A DNA stretch of 63,983 nucleotides, filler included, from Dimargaris cristalligena (Eukaryota), in the NCBI GenBank assembly GCA_003614675.1. It is 24 parts of 24 records of this genome, joined end to end, with 100 filler letters (N's around TTAATTAATTAA, not from the genome) between each part and the next. Parts side by side here need not be neighbours in the genome. Positions count along the whole stretch, not along the records: positions 48,482 to 51,068 come from ML004168.1; positions 51,169 to 53,749 come from ML004169.1; positions 53,850 to 56,428 come from ML004170.1; positions 56,529 to 59,106 come from ML004171.1; positions 59,207 to 61,670 come from ML004172.1; positions 61,771 to 63,983 come from ML004260.1; 18 more parts are not named here. One strand, written 5' to 3'. The notes beneath the pieces were generated by a model that did not search any database, was not told where the DNA came from, and saw only the letters and a program-made list of their open reading frames with translations. The stretch's first letter is position 1. The number at the start of each line of letters is the position of its first letter. Positions 49,435 through 63,607 of the stretch are shown piece after piece. Made by a program: the position numbers and the translations under genes.

Positions 49435-51168
49435 TATTACCCACCTCCATTTCGGGTGATTTTTCTCTCAAAATCTTTCATTTAGTCAATTTGGTTTTAA
49501 TGTACATGTGTAAATAAAATTGACTTTCAGGGACCTCACATTGGGGACCTGTTGACATTCTTAAATTTATCGCAATATTGTATGTATTTTATTAGATACT
49601 GCATTCCCGGAAATGTCAGTTAAGCTACAATATATTAATTGATCATACGAACGTATGTGGTAGTGGGGCAACGGCAAGATTTATCACTTTGTGAATTAGC
49701 TTGACTACTAGCCCCCGCAATTAGGGTGATGGTCGGTATTATCCCAGGTGCGGCAAATGGTAATTTATAATGGGCATGCGAGGTTTATCTCAGTTTTTTT
49801 ATGCGGATAAGGAAGTAATTGGCGAGGGGTTGGAATATACTTTAAGATGCGTGTATATGAAGTCGCTGGCTATGGCCTCTTGGAATTGGTACGCGTGCCA
49901 TGCTTGAGGGATGCGATATCGTAATATAGTAGTCCGAGAGTTGCTTCTCTTATTTAATTATGGCAATGGCCCAAGGTGGGGAGATTCCATTCCGATCCAT
50001 AGCTTTGCAATGCTAAATCGAAATTCTGAATCATAGTTTTAGCGTAATCAAGTTATCCAATTGTTGTAATGCCAGGTCCTCTGAGGCTATGAGAGTTTGG
50101 TATGGTCCTGTCGGATTAAGGGGAACCGGACCTGGTCGGGGGGACCAACCCAAGTAGCCTGTCCACGGGTGATATAAGTTGGTAATTTCACCGATGATGT
50201 CTTATTCGTAGAGACGGGGTGGGGAAGGGAAGAATGGAACATAATAATTTAACGAGTAATACTATATTTTTAAGGAATTTGAATATACCTCAAAAACCAA
50301 ATAGAAAATGACGTACTCAAGCAATTATGGTTGCTTTTAATGACTTCCTAGCCTATTGCTTCCCTTAACTGCAACTGGATTGATGCATTAAACAGCTATA
50401 TGTGAAAGAAATTTTATATTTCACTTCGATGGAATACTCGGGAACAGATGATGGCGACCAGAAAGAAACGGATTATGCACTCGGGTGACGGGCTCAAGAT
50501 CAGAATCAGGGCTACGCGCCCCATTGTTGAGGTCAATATCAATAGGGTTAAATGCGCCGCACTTCAAAACTAGGATACATAATTCTGGAGGTGACCACAC
50601 TGCCACTAGGGAAGGGTTCTTCGTCATTAAAGTTTTCTGTAATCGAACAGAATTTCAATCCGGTGGTTGGATTTCCACTCACGGTTTCCGAGGTGACGAT
50701 GGAGTCCTTTGTTGGGGCCGATGTTAACGCCTATGTCGCATCAATATAAATAGTCTCGGAAATGTTCGTAGCTAATATGATCAGTAAGAACTTTGGCTTG
50801 TCCCGACTCTCCACTTTGCAGCAATTTATGTCGATTGACGGAGGAGGTTAATTAATTATAAATGAAAGAACAATCATCCTTGATTTCCTCTAACCCTTCC
50901 AGTGGGCATTACACAGCTGTTGCCGGGTTTTTCCTGACTACGCTATAATGTATGGTTCAGTGGCTACTATTTCCAGGGTTGAATACCCAAGTTGGAAGGT
51001 TTGATCTTTATGTTGTTGGAAATATGAATTCAATAGTAAACGCAAGTGCCTTCAGATGCAACTAAAAANNNNNNNNNNNNNNNNNNNNNNNNNNNNNNNN
51101 NNNNNNNNNNNNTTAATTAATTAANNNNNNNNNNNNNNNNNNNNNNNNNNNNNNNNNNNNNNNNNNNN

Positions 51169-52228
51169 GGTCACTCAGGTCGGGTAACGGCGGGCGCGGG
51201 CTAGGGGGTACCGAGGATCGGCCCGCACCTGGGGGGCGGCGCAGCTTATATAATGCATGGATGGCCGGACGAAGGAACAGATCCAGAGTCTCGAGCTGAG
51301 TGTCCCACCGCAGGTTTTGCATGCGAATACGGGGATCGAAAGCGATATCGGCGGAGATGGTGATAGTACCATTACCCCGAAATTGGCTGACAATACTGCG
51401 TCGTTTACGAGCCTTCGAGGGCACCAGAGCGGAGTCCAGATCGCTCAAGCTAAGATTGGTAACGTAGCGTAGCGTGTTGGCGCTGTCGGCATCCCCGAAG
51501 GAATTATGGGTCGTCAAAGGCTCGGTGGGGCGCATTTGTTGCTGGCGCTGTTGTTCTTCGGGGTTACTCAAGTCAAAGACACTGGAGAAGAGCATGGCCA
51601 TGCCCAAGGCTATTTGGACTTGGTCGTCTATGATCACCTCGGCTTCGGTGATGGTGAGGCAGACATTCTCCACGATATTACGCGCAAACTTGACCAGAAA
51701 ATTGTTTTTGCTAATATTCAAGACGCCCGATAGTATGGATTCATGGAGGGGACCCGCGGGGTTGGAGGCGGTGGTCGAGTCGTGGTCGTCATTACCGCCC
51801 TTGCGCTGCGAGCGGTTCTTCGGGGTGGGTGCCTTGCGCCTTGGGTTCGACTCGGACTGGGCTAAGTCCGCGGGGCCGGCGGCGGTGGTCTTTGGCTTAC
51901 GGGGGGTTGGTGGACGGAAGACTTTGACGGTAATGTCCTTGAGGTAGAATTCGATGGGCTTTACATAGGTCAGACCGAAGGGGCGCCGCCAGCGGTGGAA
52001 CCGTAAGCCGATGCGGCCCACGGTTAGGTGGACAATGGGGGTGGAAGGGTCCCGCTTACCCGTTTCGGGGAGGTTGAGGGACAGGTTACATAATGACAAG
52101 AAGCGAATTTTCTCCAGACGGATATTGTATTTGGACAGAGCCGAGTGAATAATATGGCTGATAAAAAGGTACACCGCGGTTAGCAGTATGGCCAATGCAG
52201 TACCGAAGCCCAGTAGATAGTAGGCCAT
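51169..52228 (-). CDS. FMP27/Hobbit (bridge-like lipid transfer protein)-like N-terminus, 3' truncated
   Basis: N-terminal transmembrane anchor followed by IRLEKIRFLSLCNLSL and VGRIGLRFHR beta-rich segments. Confidence 0.6.
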
Positions 52229-54858
52229 GGCTCCACCGGAGGGAGATGGTGATTGGTGCAGAGGAAATGAGAATAAGTAGCAGAGTAAAAAGAAGGAGCA
52301 GTAGGGGGAATAGAAAGGCAATGAGGGAGTCGGAGTTAGAATCCCCTTTTTATGATACTAGACGACGTGAAGGGAAAATAAATAGACAACTATGGTGGAA
52401 TGCCGTAGAGAATACGAAGAGACGAGTTGAATGCAGGGCGGGGTTAGAGTGAAGGCTCGACTATCGAGTGGGCAGAGTTTTCGACAGGACCAGCGCCTGG
52501 CCAAGCTTATAGCAGGACTAGGCTGCAGATATTAGGAGACGAGAAGAGGAAACTAGACAGGAGGGATTGTTGGGCCGTATAAGTTTAGTGTCTGGCGAAA
52601 TAAGCCTTTGCGCGCAGGCTCTCTCCCTGAAATCAAGCATCATCACCGAACCAATTGCCTGATTCTGTTTAATCAGCCTACTGAATTAAAATGGTACCTA
52701 ACCCAAGTATTGGGACGCTTCCCCTGTTCTATCCATGCCTTCCATTTGGCCTGGAAGACTGTCCAATTGGCTGTGGTGCCAGCCTATTAACCGCCGCTAT
52801 CATTGACTCTCCATCGGCTGACCACCACCCACACCACACTTGACACGCCATCCCCCTGCCTGGTGTTACAAGGGGAGTCCAGACTCTCAATTCGTGTTTG
52901 CATTGTCACGGCACCACCCCCTGTGGTCGCTATGGGGTACAGCATAGACCTGGGCGAGGGCTGTTATTGTCCAAAAATTGAACTATTGCCCGCGCTTGCT
53001 TAGTTTTTCCTAATCGACCAGCGGGAAATCAGAAACAAACATCGCCGGATGGTCATTAAGCAACCCGTTTTTTTCGCGGGCCAGCACTAGCACTTGCTTA
53101 ATATACGGATGGGGGAGATTTGTTCCTCTCTGAATTCCCAGCCCAACAGTTCTGCCTCTGCCCGCTTGCCCCAACCACTATCCCTCACCGCACATATTGG
53201 AGACACAGTGCAGCAGGAGTGTTGTCCGCCGGTTCACTGCATTTTGAATGGAACGACCTTAACAATTGCCCTGATTAGGTTGTGTGTTGACCACGAATTG
53301 ATTTATTCCCCACTCGAACAAGTACAAGGCACCGCTGGGTTTCCAGTAACCAATGAAAAGGATCAAAAATGAAACAGCCTGGGCTGGCTTGATTAACCAA
53401 GCTGTTTTTTGGGGAAGAAGGGGGGTGATAATCCCCGGCCGATGGCAGATGAGAAACCAAAATGGGATGGAGCGTTCGAGGTTTTTCTACAATCAAGTAT
53501 CGAAAGACTTTTTGATTTAAAGATGGATCGATGAAAGCGATGATTGTCGGATGAAGAGGGCGGATCATTAATGAATCCTGCTTCGTCTCACCGCAACGGA
53601 CGAACCCGCTTGTTCTTTTAAAGAGGCCTTCCGATTTCCGATTTATAAGAGTGGCCGAGAATCAATCCAGTAAATTTAAGCCAAAGCAATGAGACCCGTA
53701 GGGAGAGTCCTGCCCGCTCCTTTTCTGCTGCAATCTGCTTCTCTCATATNNNNNNNNNNNNNNNNNNNNNNNNNNNNNNNNNNNNNNNNNNNNTTAATTA
53801 ATTAANNNNNNNNNNNNNNNNNNNNNNNNNNNNNNNNNNNNNNNNNNNNTCCCATACACATATTGTGTAAAATCTTATACAGTTGGGTTGAAGTTCACCC
53901 ATATTTTGTTCGTAGTTCAGTAAAATTAAGTTATAAATGCAAGCCACAGGAACATTCCTATAGTTGGTGATGTTTGTGCAAAATACCACTAGACTTGGCC
54001 GCTCGAAGTGCCCAACTATCGACTGCGACAATTGGCATTATGGCCCGAAAAGACTTCGAGGCACTCTGCTTATTTGTAACATGTCTTGACCAAACCCGTA
54101 ACGGCCAATGAGTCTTTATGGACTATCAATGATGACAATAAATTTCAAAGAAAGGTGGTTTCATTGAATATAGTCCAAAGCTGCTTTGTCGTATGCCTCA
54201 AACGATTGGATAATTCCTTTCTGATGCAGTAATAAAATAAGTCTTTGAAAATAGGCGTATCCCTTCCCCATTAATAGACTGATGTGACTGTTAGCTAAAC
54301 AAATGCAATAGTCCTAAATGAATGGGCTTGACACCTCAACCATCTACCACTCCAACCGTTTCTATCAAATTAGCCTTAATCCCAAATATCCCCCCTACAC
54401 TAATACAATACACCCCAGAGATACCCCAAACGAATACATAACTGCGCCGAGAGAAGAATTACAATGTGGAATAGACCTTTTATTAAACGGTCACTGATAA
54501 ATCAAGGAGAGCTCCCAAAAACCACCAACCAGGTCCTGGAATCAAGGCGAAATAATCAACCTCAACTCACAAGGCAACCTTCAGCGTAAACTACATACGC
54601 GTATTGGTGGCATTGGTAAATGCCGTGAGAGAATGAAAACTAAAAAGTCCATCAATTGCGAGAGTGCGCGACTTAGAAAAACAAGATGATCAGAAAAATC
54701 CTGATTTCAGAAATGTAAACACTTGCGCTTAAAACAGACCAAATATCCCAAACTACCCGATCGCAACATTGATTCGATAATGACAGTCGGAATCCTGATG
54801 AAAGATTATATAACATCATGGGCTAAAAAGGAAAAGCGGTGGGGGGATGACGGTACAT

Positions 54859-55753
54859 TTAGTACAGACGCTGGGGGGCACCCATGGTGCTCTTGATGTA
54901 GAGCGACTTGACGTTCTGCCAGTTCTTCTTCAGCAGGGAGACGAGGAAGTTGACGGACATCATGACGTTGGACAGAAGCTCATCTTCGTTCATTTCGACG
55001 TGACCGACAGCGACACCGAGGCACAGCACCTTCTTGAGCTGGAACTTGATGGTACCGCGGATCTCATCAGCTCTCTCGACCAGCTTGTCGTTGTGGGACA
55101 CGGGGGTGGGGAACTTACCAGCCTTGTGGAGACCGGGGCCGAGCAGACGGGGAATCTGCTTGATGAGGACTTCGGAAGCGAGGAAAGCATCGTGCTTCTT
55201 GGCCATCTTCTTGATGAGCTTCTTGTTCTTGTTCAGCTTCTTCAGGTCCTCAACGGACATGGAGGGCAGACCGCTCTCAGCGGCTTCGTCGCAATGGTGG
55301 GCGTCACCGAGCACACACACGGACATGTTGGGGCGGGGGATGTTGGGCAGACGGATGGTACCGCTGAAACGCTTGTCACGCTGGGGATCGTAGTTCTTGA
55401 GGCCGATTTGCAGTTCAACGGTCTCGTTGAAGTTGCGCTTCTTCTCGGCGGCCCCCGAAAGGACGAGCTTGACGGAATCTCTCACGGCGGCGACAGTGAT
55501 CTTGCTAATAGGCGTTTAGGAGAATGCGGGAATAAGAAGTAGATTGGATGAGAGTGAGTATATCAAGGTCTGGGAAAATAGGTCGGTTTACATTGATACC
55601 CATTCAAGCTGCGCACTCGAAATACGACTGCATTAAGGCTATGCATTCGAAAATCATCCATCATCGGTACGTCGGTCATAGAAGGATGGTCGAACGGGCG
55701 GATAGATGGATGGATGGATAGGTCGATAAGCGGATGCGAAGGGCTTACCTCAT
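54859..55753 (-). CDS. RPL1: 60S ribosomal protein uL1 (L1/L10a); exons 55753-55749 and 55504-54859
   Basis: Spliced [11 protein letters not shown]...[22 protein letters not shown]...[17 protein letters not shown]...TAG intron. Confidence 0.98.
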
Positions 55754-56528
55754 GGTGACTGATTTATCGGGTAAGGGATAAACTTAGGATAAAACAAAGG
55801 GAAGGAGTCCGGATGGATGCCGCCTTTGCCTTTGAGGTATAGTGTCTTCCCCCCCCCTTCCTGTTCTTCACGCCTGCTCATTTTCCATTCTTCACTTTTA
55901 GATATTTTGCCTACAAGTCTAGCATTTCCTCATGAGGCACACATACTACTTGAATTAGGTTGCTACAACCAATAGTCTGACCATCCCAATTGGCTCACTG
56001 CTCAATGAATATTAATGGGGTCACGTGTATAATTATATTTCACCCAATAGACTTACTCTCTGCCCAAAGCCTAATATACCAACATCGTGCATCATCCACA
56101 GATTTCTATACCATTACAGTTGATCCAATGTAATCCAATGCAGATTATATTAGTCGCTAATTGTGTGCGGCCATGTCGGGTATAACAATCCAGAGTAGGT
56201 TATTCGGGATTATTAGACCAGTGGTCAAGTTTACACTACATAACTTCCTCACGAAGTACCGTACCCAGTTACGCTAGTCGATCTACCACCGGAATACAAT
56301 TTACTATGTCATGGACATAGCATGAGCACTCTTTAGCGGTTAAATACGTGTCATTAATTTACCCGAGTGTGATTATCGTTAATAGATGCCGTCGACGTTT
56401 TGTTATTTATTGGCGATACTTATTTCGCNNNNNNNNNNNNNNNNNNNNNNNNNNNNNNNNNNNNNNNNNNNNTTAATTAATTAANNNNNNNNNNNNNNNN
56501 NNNNNNNNNNNNNNNNNNNNNNNNNNNN

Positions 56529-58722
56529 AGGTTGGTGTGGCACAGAACCATGCCGTAGTTGTTGGTGGCATCAATCACCACCTGGTCCATGACACTGCCA
56601 CTGGGGGCCGCGATGTATGAAACCCCGGACTGGTAGGCCCGGTTGATGTTGTCCGAGAAGGGGAAAAAGGCATCGGAGCTGAGGGCCACGCCCCGCAGCT
56701 GCGCCAGGAAGGCCCGGCGTTCAGCGTCAGTCAGGGGCTCGGGGACCACCTCGAACTGGGCCTCCCACGCCGCGCGCTCGGCTCCGGCGCCGATTTGGTT
56801 GGTAATGTAGAGATCAATGGCGTTGGAGCGGTCGGGGCGCTTGGTCTCCTTCTTAAACTGGAAGCCGAGCACCTTGGGGTGGTGGCGCAACCACCAGTTG
56901 TCGGCCTTGTCACCGGCCAGTCGGGTGCAGTGGATGCGGGACTGCTGACCCGCCCCCAGGCCAATGACCATGCCGTTTTTGGCGTAGCAGACTGAGTTGG
57001 ACTGGGTGTACTTGAGCGCAATCGTGGCCACAATCAGGTCGCGGACGGCCTCGGGGGTAATGTCCCGGTTGGCCGAGACGATGTTTTGGAAGAGGGTCGG
57101 GTCCACCACGGCGTCGTTGCGGCGCTGCTGAAGCTGGACGCCGTAGACTTGGCGGGTCTCGATGGTGGGGGGCACATAGGCGGGGTCCACCTGGATAACG
57201 GTGTACTTGCCCCCCTTCTTCTTCTTGAGGATCGCCAGGGCGTCGGCCTCGAACCCGGGGGCAATAATGCCGTCAGACACTTCCCGGCTGATTAGCTTGG
57301 CCGTGGCCACGTCGCAAATGTCGCTCAGGGCGATCCAGTCGCCAAACGAGGACATGCGATCGGCACCGCGCGCGCGGGCGTAGGCGCAGGCCAGGGGGGA
57401 CAGTTCCATACCGGCCACCATGTACACCTGGGCCTCGACCTCGCTCAAGGGGGCTCCCACCGCGGCACCGGCAGGGGAAACGTGCTTAAACGAGGCGGCC
57501 GCGGGAAGATCCAGGGCCTGCTTCAGCTCCTTTACCAGCGGCCAAGCATTGAGGGCGTCGAGCAGATTGATGTAGCCCGGGGCCCCGGCGAGCACCTGGA
57601 TGGGCAGCTCGCCCTCCTTCATGAAGACCTGCGCGGGCTTCTGGTGGGGGTTGGCCCCGTAGCGCAGGGTAAGCTGGTTGGTGCCTGAGCCGTACTCGCG
57701 ACGGAAATAGTCGGAAATGGCCTCGTCGTAGTCGGCCGTGTGATTGAATGCCTTGATGGCGTAGGCCTGCTTCGAGGCCGCCGAGATTTGGCGGTGGTCG
57801 GCGGCACTGGCCTGGAGCTCGTTGATAAAGAGGGGGTAATCCGAGGGGTCGCAAAGGATCGACACGCGTTCGTGGTTCTTGGCGGCGGCCCGGAGCAGGG
57901 TAACCCCGCCAATGTCGATTTCCTCCACGGCCTGGGCCATGGTCACGCCTTCCTTGGCCACGGTGTTCTTGAAGGGGTACAGATTGCACACGACGAAATC
58001 GATCATGTTAATGTGCTGGGCGGCCAGATCGTTTTGATCGCTTTCGATGGAGCGCGCCAGAATACCGCCGTGCACGGCGGGGTGCAGGGTCTTGACCCGT
58101 CCCCCCAGCATTTCGGGGGCCTGGGTAATCTCCGAGACATCCCTGAGTGGGGCATCGTTAGGGAGGTTATCACCGGGTAGCGGACAGTGTACGAAGCCGG
58201 GGTTAGTTTTCAAGGTGGATATTGGATAACCCTGGGGATTGGGTAAAATGGTCCGCTGATGGGTAGCTGGGCTATTTTGCCCAAAAGGGGTTCTTATCCC
58301 CACCCGCCCTTGGGGCGCGAGGGTCAACTAGATGATACAATCAACTTACCGGACGGGGAGACCGGCTTCGCGAATCAAACGGGCGGTACCACCGGAGGCC
58401 ACCAGCTGGATACCCAGAGCACTGAGGTTCTGGGCCAGTTCCAGCAAACCAGTCTTGTCGTACACGGAGAGAAGAGCTAAAACGGGGAAACGGGGTGGGG
58501 TGAAAAGGTACGTAGACTGCTAGTGAGCCCGGGGGGTTGGGGGATAATTGGGACTGCACCGAGGNNNNNNNNNNNNNNNNNNNNNNNNNNNNNNNNNNNN
58601 NNNNNNNNNNNNNNNNNNNNNNNNNNNNNNNNNNNNNNNNTGCACCGAGGGGGTTGATTAAACGGCCATGCATGGCCTACTGCCGGGGAATTCCGAACGG
58701 TCGACTTACCGAGCTGAGGCAT
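56529..58722 (-). CDS. ADE16: Bifunctional AICAR transformylase / IMP cyclohydrolase; exons 58722-58710, 58476-58350 and 58142-56529 (last codons missing)
   Basis: [63 protein letters not shown] donors. Confidence 0.97.
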
Positions 58723-59206
58723 GGTCGGAGGGTTATTACGGGTAGTGGGTGATAAACGACACGCAACGAGGTTGGTGCAGTAATGGGCAAATGGAAGGAG
58801 AAGGTTAGTGAGGGCTGTGTTCCGCGGGTATCGCACTCGCTTGACTTTTGATGGCGTTGGGGCCCTCCACCACTGGCTTGCCCAGGGCTGGGTGGGTAAG
58901 TATACTGAAAAAAAAAACCCCTCTTATAATATAGAGATTATATATTCTTCCCAGCCAGCCAATCTGAAACACTCCCCGCCCTCCCACATTGGCCCAATTC
59001 ATTTGGAGCCATTCCATGACTGAATCCGGCATTAACCAGCCCCAATGGTAGTGTACCTCGCTCAGGTTTAATCCTCCATTAGGAGAGCGGTACGGGGCAC
59101 CGCCACNNNNNNNNNNNNNNNNNNNNNNNNNNNNNNNNNNNNNNNNNNNNTTAATTAATTAANNNNNNNNNNNNNNNNNNNNNNNNNNNNNNNNNNNNNN
59201 NNNNNN

Positions 59207-61670
59207 CGATATTCGGGCCAACCGGCTCACTTGCCGGCGAGTCTGACCTCCCGGTCGTCCAGCCAAGGCAGTGGCAATCTCCACGAAGCCTTCTATAACC
59301 TCAACTCGGCGAAATTCGAACCCAAACGCTACACCCACTCCCTCCTCATGGACCAGCCCCTCGCCTCCCTCCTCCAGCAAACCAACCGACTAGCCCAAGA
59401 GACCCGCCAATTGGACGGCGAGATGAAAACCCTCGTCTACGAAAACTACAGCAAGTTTATATCCGCCACCGAAACCATCGGGCGGATGAAAACGGACGTA
59501 GACGACATGGACGCCGAGATGACCAAATTGCAGGTGAAGGTCAATGCACTGAGTGCCCAGTCGTCGCTCATTCATGAGGCCTTCCAGGCGGGGAGTGCCA
59601 AGGTTAAACACCTGGGAACCATGCACCAGCATCTGTGTAAATTACAGGTACTGTTCGACTTGCCCGACCAGCTCCAGCAGTGTCTGCGGAACCAACAGTG
59701 GGCGGCAGCGGTCCAGTCGTACTTGGATACGCTGCCCCTCTTTGACCATTATCGCACCTTGGCCGTATTCGCCCAAGTGGAGGCCGACTGCCGGGCTATT
59801 ATGGACGAGGTCACTGCCGCCTTGTGGCGAATTGTCGAACCGGCCGGGTCCACCCCCTCCTCCCCCGAACAGCTACCCGCCGATCTGCTCCCCCAGTTGA
59901 ATGGGACCGGGACTGCCCTGGGCCCGCCGTCGTCGGACATCGCCCCCTGGGCCGCTGCTCGGCACCATGTCGATCGTATCCATCAAGTGGCCTCGGCCGT
60001 CGACCTTCTTATACGTCTTGATGCCCAGGACGTGCATCGACTATGGGAACCGGTCCTGGTACTCTGTTTCCAGGAGCTTTCCGGTCTTTTTCGGTGCCTC
60101 GTCGATGACCTTGAGCGCCATCGGGCCACCGACTGGTCTTTCCTAGCGCCCAAACTATTTAGTGATCCCCCGGTGGATTTTGACGCCCAGCATTCCAACA
60201 TTATGACCACACCCATTGTCACCCACACCCTCAGACACCGTCAGTTGTTTACGGCCCCCTTGCGGGCCGCATTTAACCAGTCGGGCCAGGGGGATAGCGA
60301 GTCCGACTCAAGTGTAGCTAGTTCGGCGTCGGCCAGCCCCGTGCTGTCGGACGATACCCGGTTGCCCGATTCCGAACGCTCTATTTCCGACATTGTTCTT
60401 GAGAAACTGGCCCGGATGGCGCGCCTCAACCACGTCTTTATGGAACTTTTGGCCGAAATCATCGACACCTTCACGCGCTGCTTTCTCGAGCCTCGTAACC
60501 GTTTGGTATCAGGGCAGACCTCGCCAACGGCTCGGTCAATGTTTGACAGCGAACAACAGGAGGCCCTGCTTCTTCAGTTGTCCCGAAATGTGAATATTGC
60601 CAGCGATGAATATACAACATTTGTCAACCGCCTACTGACCATTCCCGTCGCTACCGTGACCCGAAACCCGAGTACCGTTGGCGATGGAGGGCCCGGTTCA
60701 AGAAATGAACCCCGGGCTCCCACCGTCTCCTATAATCTACCGCACGTTCGAATCCAGGCATTGGTGATCCCCGCCCTATTCCACAACCGGTTGCTCCACA
60801 TCATCGACCGCGACGTGCAGCGGTTTGAATCCCTCCGGCTTTTCGCTCATTTGGATACCACCTTCCATCGGCTCATTGAGCAGTGTCTTCATAACTGGGT
60901 AGAGGCGGTATTTGCCCAACCCACTCGCGATTTCAGTACACTGCTAGTGGCCACGCTTGCTACTCCCCTGCCGTCAGCATCTGACCCTGACTCCAACATT
61001 TGGGCACAATTGGCCTACCGTAACCCACGGGTACGGCCACCCCTCAAGCGGCCTACTACCATGGGTCTCCCCTTCAGCATTTCCAATGGCACCGCCGATT
61101 CGGGTCCGAGTCGCGGCGCCCACGGTATTACTACTGGTACTGGTAATTTCTTGGAAGGAGGCGATGCTCCATGGAACGCAGCCGGCCTCTCGATGGATTC
61201 CCGGCTGGCGTCCCTACTAAGCCATACCATGGCGGGTAGCCTAAACCAGGCGGAGGGTCAGGGCGGTAACGACGGCCCCTTGCAGGCTCCATTAACGGGG
61301 CAGCACCTGGTCGACCTCATGGTCGGACTGGGCCGCTGGCTAATCCAGAAGCTCGAATCCGAGGCTTGTCCAGCCTTCCGCGCGCTACTCCAAATGGATT
61401 TGAATTTCCCCTCCCATCCGGAAGGCCGGCCCGCCCTACTCCATCAGTTGGAGGCCGGTCTAGGTCGGTTCATGGAGAGTCTCCCGGCGACCTTGATCGC
61501 AGTATGCGCCACTCCCGAGCTGCCCTTGAATTATCCCGCCGTCCTACTGAGCCTAGGCAAATTATGCCAGGAATTCGAGCAGACTACCATTTCCCAGATT
61601 TACCAGGTATTCTCATTTGCGCTCCTGCCCCAAACGGACCTCGACGCCCCTCCCACGGGCCTGAATATCA
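59207..61670 (+). CDS. VPS51: GARP/EARP complex subunit Vps51 (both ends truncated)
   Basis: LDGEMKTLVYENYSKFISATETIGRMK and KLQVLFDLP signatures. Confidence 0.92.
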
Positions 61671-61770
61671 NNNNNNNNNNNNNNNNNNNNNNNNNNNNNN
61701 NNNNNNNNNNNNNNTTAATTAATTAANNNNNNNNNNNNNNNNNNNNNNNNNNNNNNNNNNNNNNNNNNNN

Positions 61771-63422
61771 CTAACCCGGCACACGATCCCTTCAACAACG
61801 AACAGCGGCCGGGTTCGGCCCAAACTTGCTTCCAAATCGTGGCCGCCTCCCGCCCCGTGGTAGACCTGGGTCCCAAGGCCCTCAACGTTGACCAGTACAA
61901 TTTTGCCCGGGTCGATAAGTACGCGCGTAACGTCAAATACACCAGCACCAGTATCACACCTGACGTTTTGAGTAAAAAGTACCTCACCCGTCCGTTCGAA
62001 ACCAACTTGGAGAAATTGCGGGCCATCTTTATCTGGATTGTGGTGAATATCTCCTGGGACCGCACGCTGGCGGCTTCTCCTGGTGACCCATCCGCAACCA
62101 TCAACCCCGAATCCGAATCGGCCAACGCAGTGCTGCAGCGCCGGACCTGTCGCCAGGAGGGTTTTGCCAACCTTTTCCGGGCCATGGTGGAAGCCATTGA
62201 CGTGGACTCCCCCCTAGTGAGCGGTTATGTCCGGGGACCCCTCGATCAGTACGAAGGGAATTTCTTCCCCGGGGCCAACCAGAGCTGGAATGTCCTGCGC
62301 CTTGAAAGTGGCGAGTACCGGTTTATCGACTGTGGTGCGGCCTCCCTCGCCTTCTTCAAAAGCAACCTGGATTTTAACGGCACGGATCGGTCGCAAGTAC
62401 GCATCGATGATTTTTACTTCCTAACCCGACCCGACCATCTCGTGTTCACCCACTACCCGACCCATTTGGCCCACCAGTTCCTTCAACCTCCGGTGGCCCT
62501 TGCCACTTTTTGGCAGTTACCTTACATTCGCGGTGGCTATTTCCGGCAGAATGTAAAAATCCAGAACTTCATCTCGTCCCGGGTGACGCTCCGGAACGAC
62601 GACGTCTTTATGCTGATTCTGAAACTGGCCCCCGATTCCATGGCCTACGCCGAGGTAGAAATCCCCGATAAGCAGGGCCGAGTAGTGGACCGCATCCCCG
62701 GGTTCACTCAGTGCCTTAACCACAAGCACCGCCGCCTTTGCAAGGTCATGGTGCGTATGCGGGGGGAGAATTTGAATGGTATTCTTAAAGTGTACGTCGG
62801 AAGTGTCCGGGACGCCCTGCCCCCCGAGCCGGTCAACGTCAAGGCTAAGCCCCGGCTACCCCATACGCCCAATGTCATCAAGATTCCCGCTCCGATCAAA
62901 CACCGTGGCAGTAATGCGTCCCTCGGGGGTCCCACTGGAGGGTCAAATCGACGCTCCGATGAGCGACATTCGTCGGTGGGTCCCATCGGCACCGCCAATG
63001 GTTCGCCCTCCCCGCAATCGGCCGCAGCCCTACCCCCCCTCTCCCGCCACACGTTTCCCCTGGCCTTCGCCATTAATCTATACCACGAGGGCACCGATAC
63101 CGCCCGCCCCTTTGCCCGCCTTCATCTAGCCCCGCACGAATTTTACCTCAAAGAACCCATCGTTTACGAATTGCCCTTCGGGCCCCCGGAAGACTTCCAC
63201 GTTCTGGCCCTGAACCCCGACCGGCGCCACATGAAACTACAGCTCGTGTCGCCCTCGCAGGTGCGCACGAAATTCATCTACCAACCCCTCGACCAAAGCT
63301 ACATCCTCACCCAGCCCATCCGGGAATACGGTGAATGGCAGGTGGTGTACCACACGGAAAGTGAAAGTTGGTTGCCTATCGTTTCGTACTATTGTCGGCG
63401 CCCTGCCCCTGTCGCTGAGTAA
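61771..63422 (+). CDS. CYK3: Cytokinesis protein Cyk3-like, transglutaminase-like domain and C-terminus (5' truncated)
   Basis: KLRAIFIWI, EGFANLF..M, VSGYVRGP, SWNVL..YRFID, DFYFLTRP...THYP. Confidence 0.85.
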
Positions 63423-63571
63423 GCAAGGCCCCCCTCGCCGCCCGCCCCAAACGGTGTGTCGTGTGTGCAGAGAGGTGGGAGTTGAGTATTTTCCTCGGAG
63501 GTTTAGTTATCTAACTCGTGTCTTATTCGCTTCCACTTTTGTGTTTATATAACCCATTATCATTCCGTTTC

Positions 63572-63607
<36 letters not shown>
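63572..63607 (+). repeat. (TTA)n microsatellite
   Basis: About 12 perfect units. Confidence 0.95.

Larger units (their letters stand above)
2531..61770. other. 23 artificial 100-nt contig linkers (N44-TTAATTAATTAA-N44), starting at 2531, 5267, 8002, 10724, 13442, 16159, 18870, 21577, 24282, 26981, 29677, 32370, 35061, 37752, 40442, 43130, 45708, 48382, 51069, 53750, 56429, 59107 and 61671
   Basis: Identical spacer with stop codons in all six frames; intervening contig lengths fall monotonically (2636, 2635, 2622, 2618, 2617...). Confidence 0.98.

Noticed and set aside
49500-51068. Short ORFs downstream of the secreted protein gene
   Set aside because: No recognisable motifs or coding bias
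54685-54822. Possible box C/D snoRNA downstream of RPL1 (minus strand)
   Set aside because: Imperfect C box, no rRNA guide that I can recognise, probably 3' UTR
54847-55542. 231-aa plus-strand ORF
   Set aside because: Antisense shadow of codon-biased RPL1; the same applies to the many short ORFs overlapping ADE16, VPS51, CYK3, the kinase and XMAP215
58555-58650. TGCACCGAGG direct repeat flanking a 76-N gap
   Set aside because: Probably overlapping contig ends at a scaffold gap inside the ADE16 intron
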